Source of the DNA: Alphaproteobacteria bacterium
GTDB lineage: Bacteria; Pseudomonadota; Alphaproteobacteria; VGEJ01
Assembly: GCA_965226045.1 (NCBI GenBank)
Contig: CBDDBU010000021.1
Location: forward strand, 1-64,000
Direction of reading: 5' to 3'
DNA length: 64,000 nt
Position 1 is the stretch's first letter; each line of letters begins with the position of its first letter. Both the position numbers and the translations under genes were made by a program. Positions 1-10,393 of this stretch are shown piece after piece. The notes under the pieces are model-generated. The model was given only the letters and a program-made list of their open reading frames with translations, did not search any database and had not been told where the DNA came from.

Positions 1-729
1 TACGCGAACGCGCTGCCGTGCTCGCTCGCCTGGGAGGCATTCAAGGAAGCGAACGGTGCCCACTCAGGGCGGGAAATGCGTGCTGGCATCGCCCGTCTCC
101 GCCACGCGGATCCAGGCGATAGCAGCGACTTCGAGATTGGGTGCCGCATTTTGACCCAGCCCTTCTTCTTCGCGGAACGCGACTGGATTCCCCCGCCGGC
201 GAGTTTCTCGCCGAGAATTGTGTCTTTCAAGACCTACAACACAGACAGTGCCGAAGGACTGGCTTTGTGGGAAGCCGTGAACGGTCGCCTCAGCCGGCCA
301 CAGATGGCGGGCATGGCAGGGGAGCAGGCGCGATTTGGCGAGCCGCATCTCATTCGTCCTCGCCTCGGGCAAGGCGCGTTCCGCGTGCTGGTCACGGATA
401 TCTATTGGCGGCGATGCGCGGTCACTCAAGAGCGGACACTGCCGGCTTTGGAGGCGGCGCATATACGCCCCTACGGCGATGGCGGTGCACACGAGGCGCA
501 GAACGGTCTTTTGCTGCGGCGGGACATTCACAGCCTGTTCGACGCCGGCTATGTGACGGTGACTCCCGATCTGCGCTTCGATGTAAGCCGACGGATCCGG
601 GAGGAGTTTGACAACGGCAAGCACTACTACGCGCTTCACGGTCGCAAAATCGATGCGCCTTCGGATATCGGCCAGCGCCCGGATACCGCCGCCCTGACTT
701 GGCACAACGAGCATTGTTTCAAGGGATGA
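1..729 (+). CDS. HNH endonuclease (HNH_2 / restriction-endonuclease-like), 5' partial at window edge
   Basis: Reading frame is open from position 1 (no in-frame stop upstream of the listed Met at 76). C-terminal motif AAHIRPYGDGGAHEAQNGLLLRRDIHSLFDAGYV matches the His-Asn-His spacing of HNH nucleases. GC3-rich codon usage. Confidence 0.5.
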   Translation, partial: YANALPCSLAWEAFKEANGAHSGREMRAGIARLRHADPGDSSDFEIGCRILTQPFFFAERDWIPPPASFSPRIVSFKTYNTDSAEGLALWEAVNGRLSRPQMAGMAGEQARFGEPHLIRPRLGQGAFRVLVTDIYWRRCAVTQERTLPALEAAHIRPYGDGGAHEAQNGLLLRRDIHSLFDAGYVTVTPDLRFDVSRRIREEFDNGKHYYALHGRKIDAPSDIGQRPDTAALTWHNEHCFKG

Positions 730-795
730 CGGAGAACGCCGATGACCGATGACGACCCCGACACCCCGATGCGCATGGTGGCTTTCGAGAATGTG

Positions 796-854
796 CTAAC
801 AGCCCGTTGATTAAGTGGCTTTTTCCGGCTCTCACTCCCAGATGAGGAATGCGG
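796..854. repeat. 59-bp terminal inverted-repeat copy (IS5/IS1182-like end, CTAACAGCCCGTTGA...)
   Basis: Near-perfect reverse-complement match to 8169..8226 (one mismatch). Begins with the same CTAACAGCCCGTTGA motif as the IS at 41247. Confidence 0.7.
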
Positions 855-888
855 CGGCGAAAGCCGTCTGGCCGCTTTGCGAGACCCC

Positions 889-2229
889 TGTCCCTCCCAT
901 TTATTCCATCTATCGCAGAAACCTTGGAATTTTGCATCACCACCGGATACCCTTTCCGGCATGCATAAGATCATCGACTTTCAATCGGCATGCATAAGAT
1001 CTCGGGCGCGCCGTCGCGCTTGCCAATCTTCGCGGACCGCGCGGCGCTCCACACAGAAATCCTTGCCCTGCGACAGCAGGTAGCTGTCCTGAAACGGAAA
1101 AGGCCCCGGCCATCGCTTCGGAAGGCAGATAGGGTTTTCTGGGTCATCCTGTCTTGCCTATGGCCTGGCTGGCGCCACGCCCTGGTAATCGTCAGGCCCG
1201 AGACCGTCATCGGTTGGCACCGCAAGGGGTTCAGGCTTTTCTGGACATGGAAGTCGCGGCGGAGAAAGCCGGGCCGACCACCGGTGTCGAGGGAGATCCG
1301 CCATCTGGTCCGACGGATGTCGCGGGAGAACACACGGTGGGGCGCACCTCGGATCCATGGCGAGCTTTTGAAGCTTGGCTTTTCCATCTCCCAGGCCGCC
1401 GTCTCGAAATACATGGTCCGTTACCCATCGCCGCCATCGCAGTCGTGGCGGACATTCCTTACAAATCACGCCGATTGCCTGGCGTCGATCGATTTCTTCG
1501 TGGTCCCCACGGCCACGTTCCACCTCCTGTTCGGGTTCATCGTGCTCCACCACGAGCGCCGCCAGATCGTGCATTTCGGTGTCACGGCGAACCCGACGAT
1601 GGCGTGGGTCGCACAGCAGATCCGAGAGGCATTCCCGTGGGGCACGGCGCCGCGGTACCTGATCCGCGACCGGGACGGCGCATACGGGCAATCGTTCCGC
1701 TCGACCGTGACGGCGATGGGCGTGGAAGAGGTCGTTACGGCGCCACGGAGCCCGTGGCAAAATCCGTATGTGGAACGCCTGATCGGCAGCGTGAGGCGCG
1801 AATGCCTGGACCATTCGATCATCCTCAACGAGCGGCATTTGCGGCGCATTCTTGGCTCATACCTCGACTATTATCACGGTTCAAGGACCCACTTGTCGCT
1901 CGGCAAGGACACCCCGGATGGACGACCCGTTCAGCCGGCCGGGTCCGGAACGGTCGTTTCCTTGCCCAAGGTCGGCGGTCTGCATCATCGTTACGAACGC
2001 CTCGCGGCCTGACCACCCCCGCTCGGATTCGATCAATTCCTCTCTGTGGCAACGTGGACGCTGCCGGCATCCGCATGCCCTTGCATAGGTTCGCTGGCAC
2101 GATCCGGCGGAATAAGCATCGTGATGACCGCGCCCATGGTCGATTACAAAATCCACTGGCTCAAAATGATGTCCGTGCCGGAGAGCCGAGCCGTCGTTGG
2201 GAGGCACGATGGAATAAATGGAAGGGACA
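889..2229 (+). mobile_element. IS481-family insertion sequence, copy 1 (carries a 47-bp insertion near the transposase start)
   Basis: About 1.3 kb unit, repeated at 4213..5506. Terminal inverted repeats are TGTCCCTCCCATTTATTCC (left) and GGAATAAATGGAAGGGACA (right). Encodes an rve/DDE integrase-type transposase. Confidence 0.8.
990..2012 (+). CDS. IS481-family DDE transposase (integrase core domain)
   Basis: 340 aa. HTH region (RWGAPRIHGELLKLG), rve core (DFFVVPT ... DRDGAYG ... SPWQNPYVERL). Identical to the 4285..5289 product apart from the N-terminus. Confidence 0.8.
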   Translation: MHKISGAPSRLPIFADRAALHTEILALRQQVAVLKRKRPRPSLRKADRVFWVILSCLWPGWRHALVIVRPETVIGWHRKGFRLFWTWKSRRRKPGRPPVSREIRHLVRRMSRENTRWGAPRIHGELLKLGFSISQAAVSKYMVRYPSPPSQSWRTFLTNHADCLASIDFFVVPTATFHLLFGFIVLHHERRQIVHFGVTANPTMAWVAQQIREAFPWGTAPRYLIRDRDGAYGQSFRSTVTAMGVEEVVTAPRSPWQNPYVERLIGSVRRECLDHSIILNERHLRRILGSYLDYYHGSRTHLSLGKDTPDGRPVQPAGSGTVVSLPKVGGLHHRYERLAA

Positions 2230-2589
2230 GGCCAGCACGGCCGCAGACCGAATGCAGGATCGCGCATCGTTGAGACAGCCTGCCCCGGGTTGCTTCTGCC
2301 GGCTTCAGACCGTCCCGCCGCCGTCGACAGTATGTCGACCGCTGGACCGGCTTGGCTCACGCCAACCTTCCGTCCTGAGCAAGGAGTGACCCGATAGCCA
2401 TATCTGCCATACTGGCTGGCCAAGCGGATGATCGCGGCCGCATCTGGCCTCCATCATCCCGTTCCCGGGGCTCTTGAGCGAGCGATGTTCCTGCAACAGC
2501 ACGGCACGTCGCTCGGAGAAGTTCGGCCTGGAGATGATCAACACGGCGGCCGATTAGCATTCTGAGCGCCTCTTTCAATTATCAGCTTA

Positions 2590-2860
2590 TCCAACGTCAG
2601 ATCCAGCGTTCCACGGATTCTGCTGCTCCAGGTCCTTCAGACGCTTGGCCCAGTACGAAGGCCGCCATATTCCTTGCACCAGCGGTAACCTGCGCCGGAT
2701 ACGCCGGCGACGACAAGTTCAACGGGCTGGCCCTGCGCCAAAGCCACACTGCGGTCTTCGAGCAACATGCTGATAATCTGCTGAGGTGTCGCGGACGGCT
2801 CATGTTGTCCTCCTTTCGAGGGGGCAAATGCGCCAAACTCCAATCAATCTGGACCATTTT
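2590..2860 (-). pseudogene. IS3-family (IS407-like) orfA remnant, multiply frameshifted
   Basis: Fragments GVSGAGYRWCKEYGGLRTG and AKRLKDLEQQN are spread over three frames and resemble the IS407-group OrfA (FYRWRKKYGG ... KRLKELEAEN). Truncated by the IS481 copy at 2229. Confidence 0.3.
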
Positions 2861-4212
2861 GCCTCACTCGATAACGCTCGAACAGCTGCCAAGTCATCAC
2901 GCTGATACACCGCCCATGCTTTTTCGTGGCACGTGAAAAAGGTGATTGTGCCGGTATCGCCAATCTGAAGAATTGACCCCGCTTCAGATCGCCGTTGATT
3001 CCGGTTCCGTCCCGGCGCAGCATTTTGGCTCTGTGAACTATATTTGAGGGGGGCCCTGGATGAGATCGCACCATCGACCTCTTGAAGGGTGTAAGGATCG
3101 CTCACGGCAGACCGAACTCGCCGATCCTGACAAGACGGGACCAAGGTTCATGTTGGGATGGGTCCTGTAAGCCCAAGGTCAAGCGAGAAATTTTAGTACC
3201 GAACGCCATCGTCTCAAGAACTCCACGCACGTGGATCGAACGTATCGTCCCTGGTCCTCATGCGTGCCGATGTTCCAGCCGCGTGATCGTCTGCCCTCGC
3301 GGTCGATGCCGGCAATGAGTGGGCGTTCCCGCCAGTTCGTCATATGGCCTCTGTTGTAGCTCAGGGCCGTCTGTGATCGTTAGCATTTGAGCTATGAAGC
3401 TGCCGTGTCGATCAATGGACTCATGTAGCCGTTCTGCTCCGTCCAGGTTCCCCGCCCTGCCAATCCCGGATGGGTTGAGTTTGAACGATACCCGCCCGCA
3501 GATAGAGACATCGTCGATGGTATAGTGCGTACGTGGCAGCTGTAGACCCGCCTTGTCTTATGTCGCTCAATCCGTTCGCCTCTTGGTGCCATGTGAATGA
3601 GGACTTCGCCATCGATCTGTTTTTCCGACATGTTTCTCCGATCTGCAACTTCAACTCCTGGCAATCGTCGATCGCCTGGACATTGCACGCCACGACATAG
3701 CCTCGATGCTTCTCGCTCGCAGCCCTCGACGATGCCTCGATGGGAAGCTTGGGGTGGATAGGGCTGAGCCCGGTCCCCACGACTTGGCGGAAGGCCTTTG
3801 AGCAAAATTTCGACACCATCTTGGAGCGGGCCATGTGAGACTGATACCCCTCTCCTGCGCCAAACGGTGAAGTTTCCAGGCCTTGCCTCCGTCACATTTC
3901 CTCGGCCTAGGCGCCGCTGCCCCAGCCAGATAAGGACGTACAGCGGGAGCGTACAGATGTCATCATCGGAACAAGATTTTCGAGGGATGTCAGTCACGGG
4001 GTCTGCCGGAATCCTCCGGCATTTGGATCTGGAGGCAAGATTGCTGCAGCGTTCCGCTGTTACCCGCCAAGCGTTGAGAATCAGCAAACCACTCGCAGCC
4101 AATGGCGAGGCGTCCCATTCGAGTATTCATGTTGATCAATCTGTAGCGAGGACGGCTCGAGCTGGTGCCGAACCCGTTGCAATCCAAAGCAGACTTCCCT
4201 GTTGTGAGACCC

Positions 4213-5506
4213 TGTCCCTCCCATTTATTCCATCTATCGCAGAAACCTTGGAATTTTGCATCACCACCGGATACCCTTTCCGGCATGCATAAGATCATCG
4301 AAATCTTCGCGGACCGCGCGGCGCTCCACACAGAAATCCTTGCCCTGCGACAGCAGGTAGCTGTCCTGAAACGGAAAAGGCCCCGGCCATCGCTTCGGAA
4401 GGCAGATAGGGTTTTCTGGGTCATCCTGTCTTGCCTATGGCCTGGCTGGCGCCACGCCCTGGTAATCGTCAGGCCCGAGACCGTCATCGGTTGGCACCGC
4501 AAGGGGTTCAGGCTTTTCTGGACATGGAAGTCGCGGCGGAGAAAGCCGGGCCGACCACCGGTGTCGAGGGAGATCCGCCATCTGGTCCGACGGATGTCGC
4601 GGGAGAACACACGGTGGGGCGCACCTCGGATCCATGGCGAGCTTTTGAAGCTTGGCTTTTCCATCTCCCAGGCCGCCGTCTCGAAATACATGGTCCGTTA
4701 CCCATCGCCGCCATCGCAGTCGTGGCGGACATTCCTTACAAATCACGCCGATTGCCTGGCGTCGATCGATTTCTTCGTGGTCCCCACGGCCACGTTCCAC
4801 CTCCTGTTCGGGTTCATCGTGCTCCACCACGAGCGCCGCCAGATCGTGCATTTCGGTGTCACGGCGAACCCGACGATGGCGTGGGTCGCACAGCAGATCC
4901 GAGAGGCATTCCCGTGGGGCACGGCGCCGCGGTACCTGATCCGCGACCGGGACGGCGCATACGGGCAATCGTTCCGCTCGACCGTGACGGCGATGGGCGT
5001 GGAAGAGGTCGTTACGGCGCCACGGAGCCCGTGGCAAAATCCGTATGTGGAACGCCTGATCGGCAGCGTGAGGCGCGAATGCCTGGACCATTCGATCATC
5101 CTCAACGAGCGGCATTTGCGGCGCATTCTTGGCTCATACCTCGACTATTATCACGGTTCAAGGACCCACTTGTCGCTCGGCAAGGACACACCGGATGGAC
5201 GACCCGTTCAGCCGGCCGGGTCCGGAACGGTCGTTTCCTTGCCCAAGGTCGGCGGTCTGCATCATCGTTACGAACGCCTCGCGGCCTGACCACCCCCGCT
5301 CGGATTCGATCAATTCCTCTCTGTGGCAACGTGGACGCTGCCGGCATCCGCATGCCCTTGCATAGGTTCGCTGGCACGATCCGGCGGAATAAGCATCGTG
5401 ATGACCGCGCCCATGGTCGATTACAAAATCCACTGGCTCAAAATGATGTCCGTGCCGGAGAGCCGAGCCGTCGTTGGGAGGCACGATGGAATAAATGGAA
5501 GGGACA
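4213..5506 (+). mobile_element. IS481-family insertion sequence, copy 2
   Basis: Same inverted repeats and body as 889..2229 but without the 47-bp insertion. No target-site duplication evident. Confidence 0.8.
4285..5289 (+). CDS. IS481-family DDE transposase
   Basis: Start set at the internal Met (MHKIIEIFADRAAL), because the listed ORF start at 4165 lies outside the IS left end at 4213. rve-domain motifs as in copy 1. Confidence 0.75.
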   Translation: MHKIIEIFADRAALHTEILALRQQVAVLKRKRPRPSLRKADRVFWVILSCLWPGWRHALVIVRPETVIGWHRKGFRLFWTWKSRRRKPGRPPVSREIRHLVRRMSRENTRWGAPRIHGELLKLGFSISQAAVSKYMVRYPSPPSQSWRTFLTNHADCLASIDFFVVPTATFHLLFGFIVLHHERRQIVHFGVTANPTMAWVAQQIREAFPWGTAPRYLIRDRDGAYGQSFRSTVTAMGVEEVVTAPRSPWQNPYVERLIGSVRRECLDHSIILNERHLRRILGSYLDYYHGSRTHLSLGKDTPDGRPVQPAGSGTVVSLPKVGGLHHRYERLAA

Positions 5507-5588
5507 AGCTATCGTGCAAGGGATGAACGGCAAGCGGTTGCAATACCGCGAGCTGGTGGCCTAGTCGGCCACCACTGAAATCGTAAGG

Positions 5589-5644
5589 GCCGTCTCCGAC
5601 GCTGGCAGGCTGGGAGAGACGGAGACCCCATCGGCTTTTTTTTC
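5589..5644 (+). terminator. Rho-independent-terminator-like hairpin plus T9 run (orphaned)
   Basis: CCGTCTCC ... GAGACGG stem followed by CCCCATCGGC and nine T. Lies about 80 bp past the IS481 copy-2 right end, with no intact upstream gene. Confidence 0.4.
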
Positions 5645-6776
5645 ACTAGTCGCAACTGGGTGCCGGATGCACAAGTCCCTATCAATCCCAGCCCGAGACG
5701 GTGAGTTCGTACCCGCACGCGCGGCACCTGAATTCGGCGAAAGTATCGTCTCCCGTGGCGACAAATCTGTCTTTACTGACCTCGAGCACCGAGACGGCCC
5801 CCCGGATTATGAAGCAGTCGGGACAACGCAGGTCAGCCCCAAGACGCGGTCTAAACTTGAGAAGGCGCTGATACGCCGCGCCCGCTATCTTACTTTCCTC
5901 TGTCTTCTTCGTGCTTTGCGTCTGAAGGTCGAGTGTCTCGAGATCAAGGCGCGGCCTTCTTCTTCACTTGCTGCGCCGCAAGGTCACGGGCGCGCTTCTT
6001 AATCTCATCGTCAGTTCGTGCATAAGCGAGACTGCTTCTTCCACGTATGTAAGGTACCGCTTATGCACTTTGTTCCGGCGCAACCAACATGTTGCGGGGT
6101 GACCCAGGTTTGGCGCGGATGGCGATGGCGAACAGGGAGCGGACAGGTGGCGTGCCGCGTTCTGCGTCGGTTGAAGCGGAAGACCGAAGCGGCTCGTCGA
6201 GATAGGTTTGCAGGTATTTCCTGCGCAGCCCGTGATAGACCCCCCGGGCCCAGCCCTTGAGGTTGCGGAGAACATCTGATGGATCCAGGGCAAGACAAGA
6301 TGTGCGGCCATGGCGCCGATGACGTGGGGATCTGTGCTGGTTGACGGGGACGCCGGCATATCCGGCCCATCCATCGGTCTTGGCGGTAAAGCTGCATCTT
6401 CGGGGCGATGTTACGGGCGATGAACGGCGTTGAGACTGCCGGCACCGTAGTCGGTGAGAGCGGCCAGGCGCAATCGGCAAACGGCTTGTTGCCGTCGCCC
6501 ACCTCGGATGCCACCGACCACGAGCAACTTGCCGGGTCATGGCTTCGCCCGGGGCCGAGGCCGGCGGGGTCGTTCTTGGTCCGGAAAGTGCAGGGAGGTT
6601 TCGTCGATCTCGACCAGCCCCGACAACGGATTGCGGTCTGGATCGACCATCGCCCGGCGCAGTTTGGCGGCCAGTATCCAGGCCGTGCGATAGGACCCGA
6701 GAGTCGAGCTGCTTCTGACAGCTGAAGGGCGGAGATGCCGTACCGAATGGGTCGCCATCAGATAGGCCGCCCAGAA

Positions 6777-7866
6777 CGGCTTTGGTGCATGGAGCCGCGA
6801 TGGTGTGATCGCCCATTCCCCGGTTGGTTAGCGGATCCTGATTGTGTTTGGTTTCGCCGCACGGATAGAGCGATTGAGTGCGTCGATCTGCATGGCGATT
6901 TCGGTTTGTTGGGATTGGAATGTGCGAGCGTTGAGCTTGCCGCCGTTGAGCCTCTTGACGCGAGCCATGGCTGTTTCGCCAAGCGCTCTCAATCCGTAGC
7001 CCTGTCGTTTCTGCCAGTTCATCCTTCCCTTCGACGCGATCTCCGCCGCATGGTGCTCCCGTTCCGATCCGCCATGAGGCGTGTCCGGGAGAGGAATGGA
7101 TGTGGCGCGTGGCGGGATGATGATTTCAGGTGGTGAATTCGGTGGCCGAGCTTCTCGGATCGCTTTTGTCACGGGCTCCCCGTCATAGGCGCCGTCGGCA
7201 AACACGCGCCGGATCATCCCACCGGAACCGGCGACCAGCGGTCCCGCCATCGTCGCATCGGCCGTGTCGTCACCGGTCAGTTCATGCGCCCGTATCTCGC
7301 TGCTGGCCGGGTCAACCGAGATATGCAGCTTGCGCCACGAGCGCCGCGTTTCACCGTGCTTGGCGCGAGCCCACTCGCCAGCGCCAAAGAATTTCAGGCC
7401 CGTGGAATCCAGCACGATATCCGTAGACCGCTTGTTCGTGCTGGTTTCCACAACGACATCCACCGTTCGCCGCCGCCGCGACAGCGTGGTGTGATCCGGC
7501 ACCGGCAGATCACACCCCATCAAGTCCACGAGGGAACGCACAAAGCCTTCCGTCTGGCGCAGCGGCAGTCTGAAGACCACCCCCAGCATCAGTGTCGTGG
7601 AAATCGCCAACTCTGAAAACCGCCGCTGGCCACCAGGAGTTCGCCGCTTGGCTGCGTCCCATTGCTCCAGGGCGCTCTCATCAATCCAGAAACGAATGTC
7701 GCCGCGCCGAACCAAACCACGGTCATAATCCGGCCAGTTCATGACCCGGTACTTGGCTCTGGGGATATGGTGGCGACGCGATGCGTGGAACTTGAAAGGC
7801 ATGACAAACTCTCAAAGACGGAAGCGGAGCCAGATATACTAATCCTCAGGTCCATGCACCAAACTT
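6777..7866 (-). mobile_element. IS903-group (IS5 family) insertion sequence, copy 1
   Basis: About 1.09 kb. Terminal repeat GGCTTTGGTGCATGGAGCCGC resembles the IS903 GGCTTTGTTGAATAAATC end. Single DDE transposase ORF. Confidence 0.8.
6828..7802 (-). CDS. IS5-family (IS903 group) DDE transposase
   Basis: 324 aa. Motifs KLHISVDPASSEIRAHELTGDDTADA ... FADGAYDGEP ... IIPPRA are typical of IS903-group transposases. Confidence 0.8.
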   Translation of the reverse strand: MPFKFHASRRHHIPRAKYRVMNWPDYDRGLVRRGDIRFWIDESALEQWDAAKRRTPGGQRRFSELAISTTLMLGVVFRLPLRQTEGFVRSLVDLMGCDLPVPDHTTLSRRRRTVDVVVETSTNKRSTDIVLDSTGLKFFGAGEWARAKHGETRRSWRKLHISVDPASSEIRAHELTGDDTADATMAGPLVAGSGGMIRRVFADGAYDGEPVTKAIREARPPNSPPEIIIPPRATSIPLPDTPHGGSEREHHAAEIASKGRMNWQKRQGYGLRALGETAMARVKRLNGGKLNARTFQSQQTEIAMQIDALNRSIRAAKPNTIRIR

Positions 7867-8168
7867 TCGCCTTCGCGTAGTCGCACTCGCCGACCGCCGC
7901 CCGATCACCTTGCGAACCGCTGTTCTCACCCGCCGCTCGTAGCTGTCGCGGACGATGTTCCTTCACGTCGCGGACGATCGGCTTGTTCCTGCCGAAATAC
8001 CCCCGCCGAATCCGCGCTATCGTCTCCACAACCAGCATCCCCCATCACCTCGTCCGTCCAAAACGAGGTGCCATGGACCAGCATGGTTCAGGGGGTCAAA
8101 GTTGGACGCCGATCACCCCGCAACCGGGGTCAACATGACAAACTCGTTCCAGGCAGGCCGTTCCACAC

Positions 8169-8226
8169 CGCATTCCTCATCTGGGGGTGAGAGCCGGAAA
8201 AAGCCACTTAATCAACGGGCTGTTAG
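8169..8226. repeat. 58-bp terminal inverted-repeat copy (partner of 796..854)
   Basis: Reverse complement of 796..854. Confidence 0.7.
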
Positions 8227-8342
8227 ACATTGCAGGTATTTCCGGCGGCCATTATGCTGATTGCGATGGCAGCATGGCGCCCTAACCGGGCGCTGGAGCG
8301 TCTCAATCGCTTATCCACCACGCCTGAACGAGGAGAATATCC

Positions 8343-8645
8343 ATGAAGAAGAGCCCGCTTGTTCTAACGGCCGCACTCCTGGCCGCCTCTAATCTCGCGA
8401 GCGCTGAACTCGCGCAAGCAGCAGACAATAATGCCGAATGCTATGGCGTCTCGCTCGCCGGCAAGAACGACTGCAAGGCGGGTCCAGGCACGACCTGCGC
8501 CGGTAGCTCGACTGTCGACTACCAAGGCAACTCCTGGAAGCTGGTCCCCGCGGGCACCTGCGAGTCGATGACCTTCGAGACCATGGATGGCCGTATGGTG
8601 AAGGGTAGCCTCACCGAGCTGAAACGCGATCTGCCGAAGACCTGA
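8343..8645 (+). CDS. bufA: Bufferin precursor (DUF2282 family, BufA-like), signal peptide plus Cys-rich core
   Basis: 100 aa. Sec signal ([21 protein letters not shown]), then [16 protein letters not shown] ... [24 protein letters not shown], matching DUF2282/bufferin precursors. GAGGAG ribosome-binding site 8 bp upstream. Confidence 0.7.
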   Translation: MKKSPLVLTAALLAASNLASAELAQAADNNAECYGVSLAGKNDCKAGPGTTCAGSSTVDYQGNSWKLVPAGTCESMTFETMDGRMVKGSLTELKRDLPKT

Positions 8646-8717
8646 TAGGAAACCGCTCGGTTTGCCGCCCGCCCCCATACCCCGCGGCGACCGGACGGCC
8701 GTTTCTGGACCCCGGCC

Positions 8718-9593
8718 ATGGCCGTTTCGTTTTCCGCTGCCGCCTTTCCGCCGCAGATACCGTCGCGGGCCGGTGTCGGTTTCAAGGGCGAGCATGCAGA
8801 GACGGTTTTCGGGGACCGGCCCGACATCGGCTGGTTCGAGGTCCATCCGGAAAACTACATGGTTGCAGGCGGGCCGCGGCTGGCCCTGCTTGAGGAGTTG
8901 CGCAACGCATATCCTTTGTCGCTGCACGGTGTCGGCCTGTCGCTCGGCGGCGCCGAACGTCTCGACGTTGATCATCTGATCGCATTGCTCGCGTTGGTGG
9001 ATCGCTTCCAGCCAGGGCTCGTTTCCGAACATATCGCTTGGTCGACGCATAGCGGAATATGGTTCGCCGACCTGCTGCCACCCAGCCTCAGCCGGGCCGG
9101 CCTCGACTGCCTGTGCGACAATATCGACGAGATGCAGGAATCCCTCGGACGGCAGATGCTGATCGAGAACCCAGCCAGCTATCTGACCTTGCCCGACCGC
9201 GAAATGGACGAGGCGGCGTTCATCGTCGAAGCGGCTCGGCGGTCCGGCTGCGGCCTGCTGATTGACGTCAACAACATCCATGTCAGCGCAGTCAATACCG
9301 GTATCGACGCCGAAACCTATGTCGACGCCATTCCCGGCGACCTGATCGGGGAGATCCATCTCGCCGGGTTTACGATCGACGATGCGGGCGGCGAACACCT
9401 GTTGATTGACAGCCACGGAGCCGCAGTCGACGCGGCGGTCTGGCGGCTCTACGAGCGGCTGATCGGGCGAATTGGAGCACGGCCCACGCTGGTCGAATGG
9501 GACAAGGATATTCCCGACTGGGAATTGCTGCATGCCGAGGCCATGGAGGCCGAGACCTGCCTGGCGCGTCTCTCCGAGCCCGTGCCGGCGTGA
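8718..9593 (+). CDS. bufB: DUF692 (MNIO / BufB-like) multinuclear non-heme iron oxidase
   Basis: 291 aa. Motifs GVGFKGEH, EVHPENYM, YPLSLHGVGLSLG, SEHIAW and NNIHVS are characteristic of DUF692/UPF0276 enzymes that modify DUF2282 peptides. Confidence 0.8.
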   Translation: MAVSFSAAAFPPQIPSRAGVGFKGEHAETVFGDRPDIGWFEVHPENYMVAGGPRLALLEELRNAYPLSLHGVGLSLGGAERLDVDHLIALLALVDRFQPGLVSEHIAWSTHSGIWFADLLPPSLSRAGLDCLCDNIDEMQESLGRQMLIENPASYLTLPDREMDEAAFIVEAARRSGCGLLIDVNNIHVSAVNTGIDAETYVDAIPGDLIGEIHLAGFTIDDAGGEHLLIDSHGAAVDAAVWRLYERLIGRIGARPTLVEWDKDIPDWELLHAEAMEAETCLARLSEPVPA

Positions 9594-9613
9594 GGCGGCC
9601 TGCCGAAACCAGA

Positions 9614-10393
9614 ATGGATCCCGCAGCCATTCAGTCGGATTTTGCCGCTGCCCTACACAATCCATCGCCAGATGCCGTGCCCACCGGCTTTTCCGATGTG
9701 GCGGCACGGCGGTTCCGCGTTTACCGCAACAATGTGCGCATCGCACTGATCGAAGCGCTGGGGGCGGCCTATCCGGCTGTCCTGCGGCTTGTCGGCATAC
9801 CGTTCTTCGAGCAGATGGCCCGCGTCTACATCGAAGCCTGCCCAGCACGGCAACGCACGCTCAACCTGTATGGCGACGGGTTCGACGACTTCGTCGGCGG
9901 TTTCGGGCCGGCGCGCGGATTGCCGTACCTCGCCGATGTCGCCCGGCTTGAGCGTGCGGTGCTCGAGGCGTGCCACGCTGCCGATGCACCAGCGCTTGAC
10001 CCGGTATTGTTGACGGCGCTCGGGCCCGGACTTGCCTCGGCGCGGTTGACGCCACACCCCGCGACCCGGCTGATCCGCTCGGCCTATCCCATCGCCGATA
10101 TATGGCACGCCAACAACGGCGATTCACTGCTGGAGGACGAACTCGTCCTCGCTAACACAGCCGCCGGCGCGCTCGTGATGCGGCCTGGCTTTTCCGTCTC
10201 GGTGGAGGCGCTCGCTTCCGGCCAGTGTACTTTCGTCGAGACCCTGCTGGCCGGCGACAATTTGGCGGCGGCGAACGCAGCGGCGGTCTTGTTCGATGAG
10301 GGATTCGACATCATTGTGGCGTTCCGGGACCTGCTTGCCGCGGGAGCCTTCGCCGGTATCGCAAGCAAACCGCTCGAAGGAGAACAGGTATGA
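9614..10393 (+). CDS. bufC: DUF2063 (BufC-like) partner protein of the DUF692 enzyme
   Basis: Start set at internal Met (MDPAAIQSDFAAAL), just after the bufB stop. DUF2063-like N-terminus. Overlaps the next gene by ATGA. Confidence 0.65.
   Translation: MDPAAIQSDFAAALHNPSPDAVPTGFSDVAARRFRVYRNNVRIALIEALGAAYPAVLRLVGIPFFEQMARVYIEACPARQRTLNLYGDGFDDFVGGFGPARGLPYLADVARLERAVLEACHAADAPALDPVLLTALGPGLASARLTPHPATRLIRSAYPIADIWHANNGDSLLEDELVLANTAAGALVMRPGFSVSVEALASGQCTFVETLLAGDNLAAANAAAVLFDEGFDIIVAFRDLLAAGAFAGIASKPLEGEQV

Noticed and set aside
3392-4102. 236-aa minus-strand ORF in the 2.2-4.2 kb IS-remnant region
   Set aside because: No domain signatures and weak codon bias. It lies in a stretch of decayed IS sequence, so it is treated as non-coding remnant.
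6061-6816. 251-aa low-complexity minus-strand ORF plus a 38-codon in-frame continuation after its stop
   Set aside because: Pro/Arg/Ser-rich composition with no motifs. It may be the relic of a gene with an in-frame stop, but nothing identifiable supports a call.
8364-9848. 494-aa minus-strand ORF overlapping bufB and bufC
   Set aside because: Antisense shadow ORF in a high-GC region. Low-complexity Arg/Pro/Gly-rich translation with no motifs. The plus-strand genes have clear family signatures.
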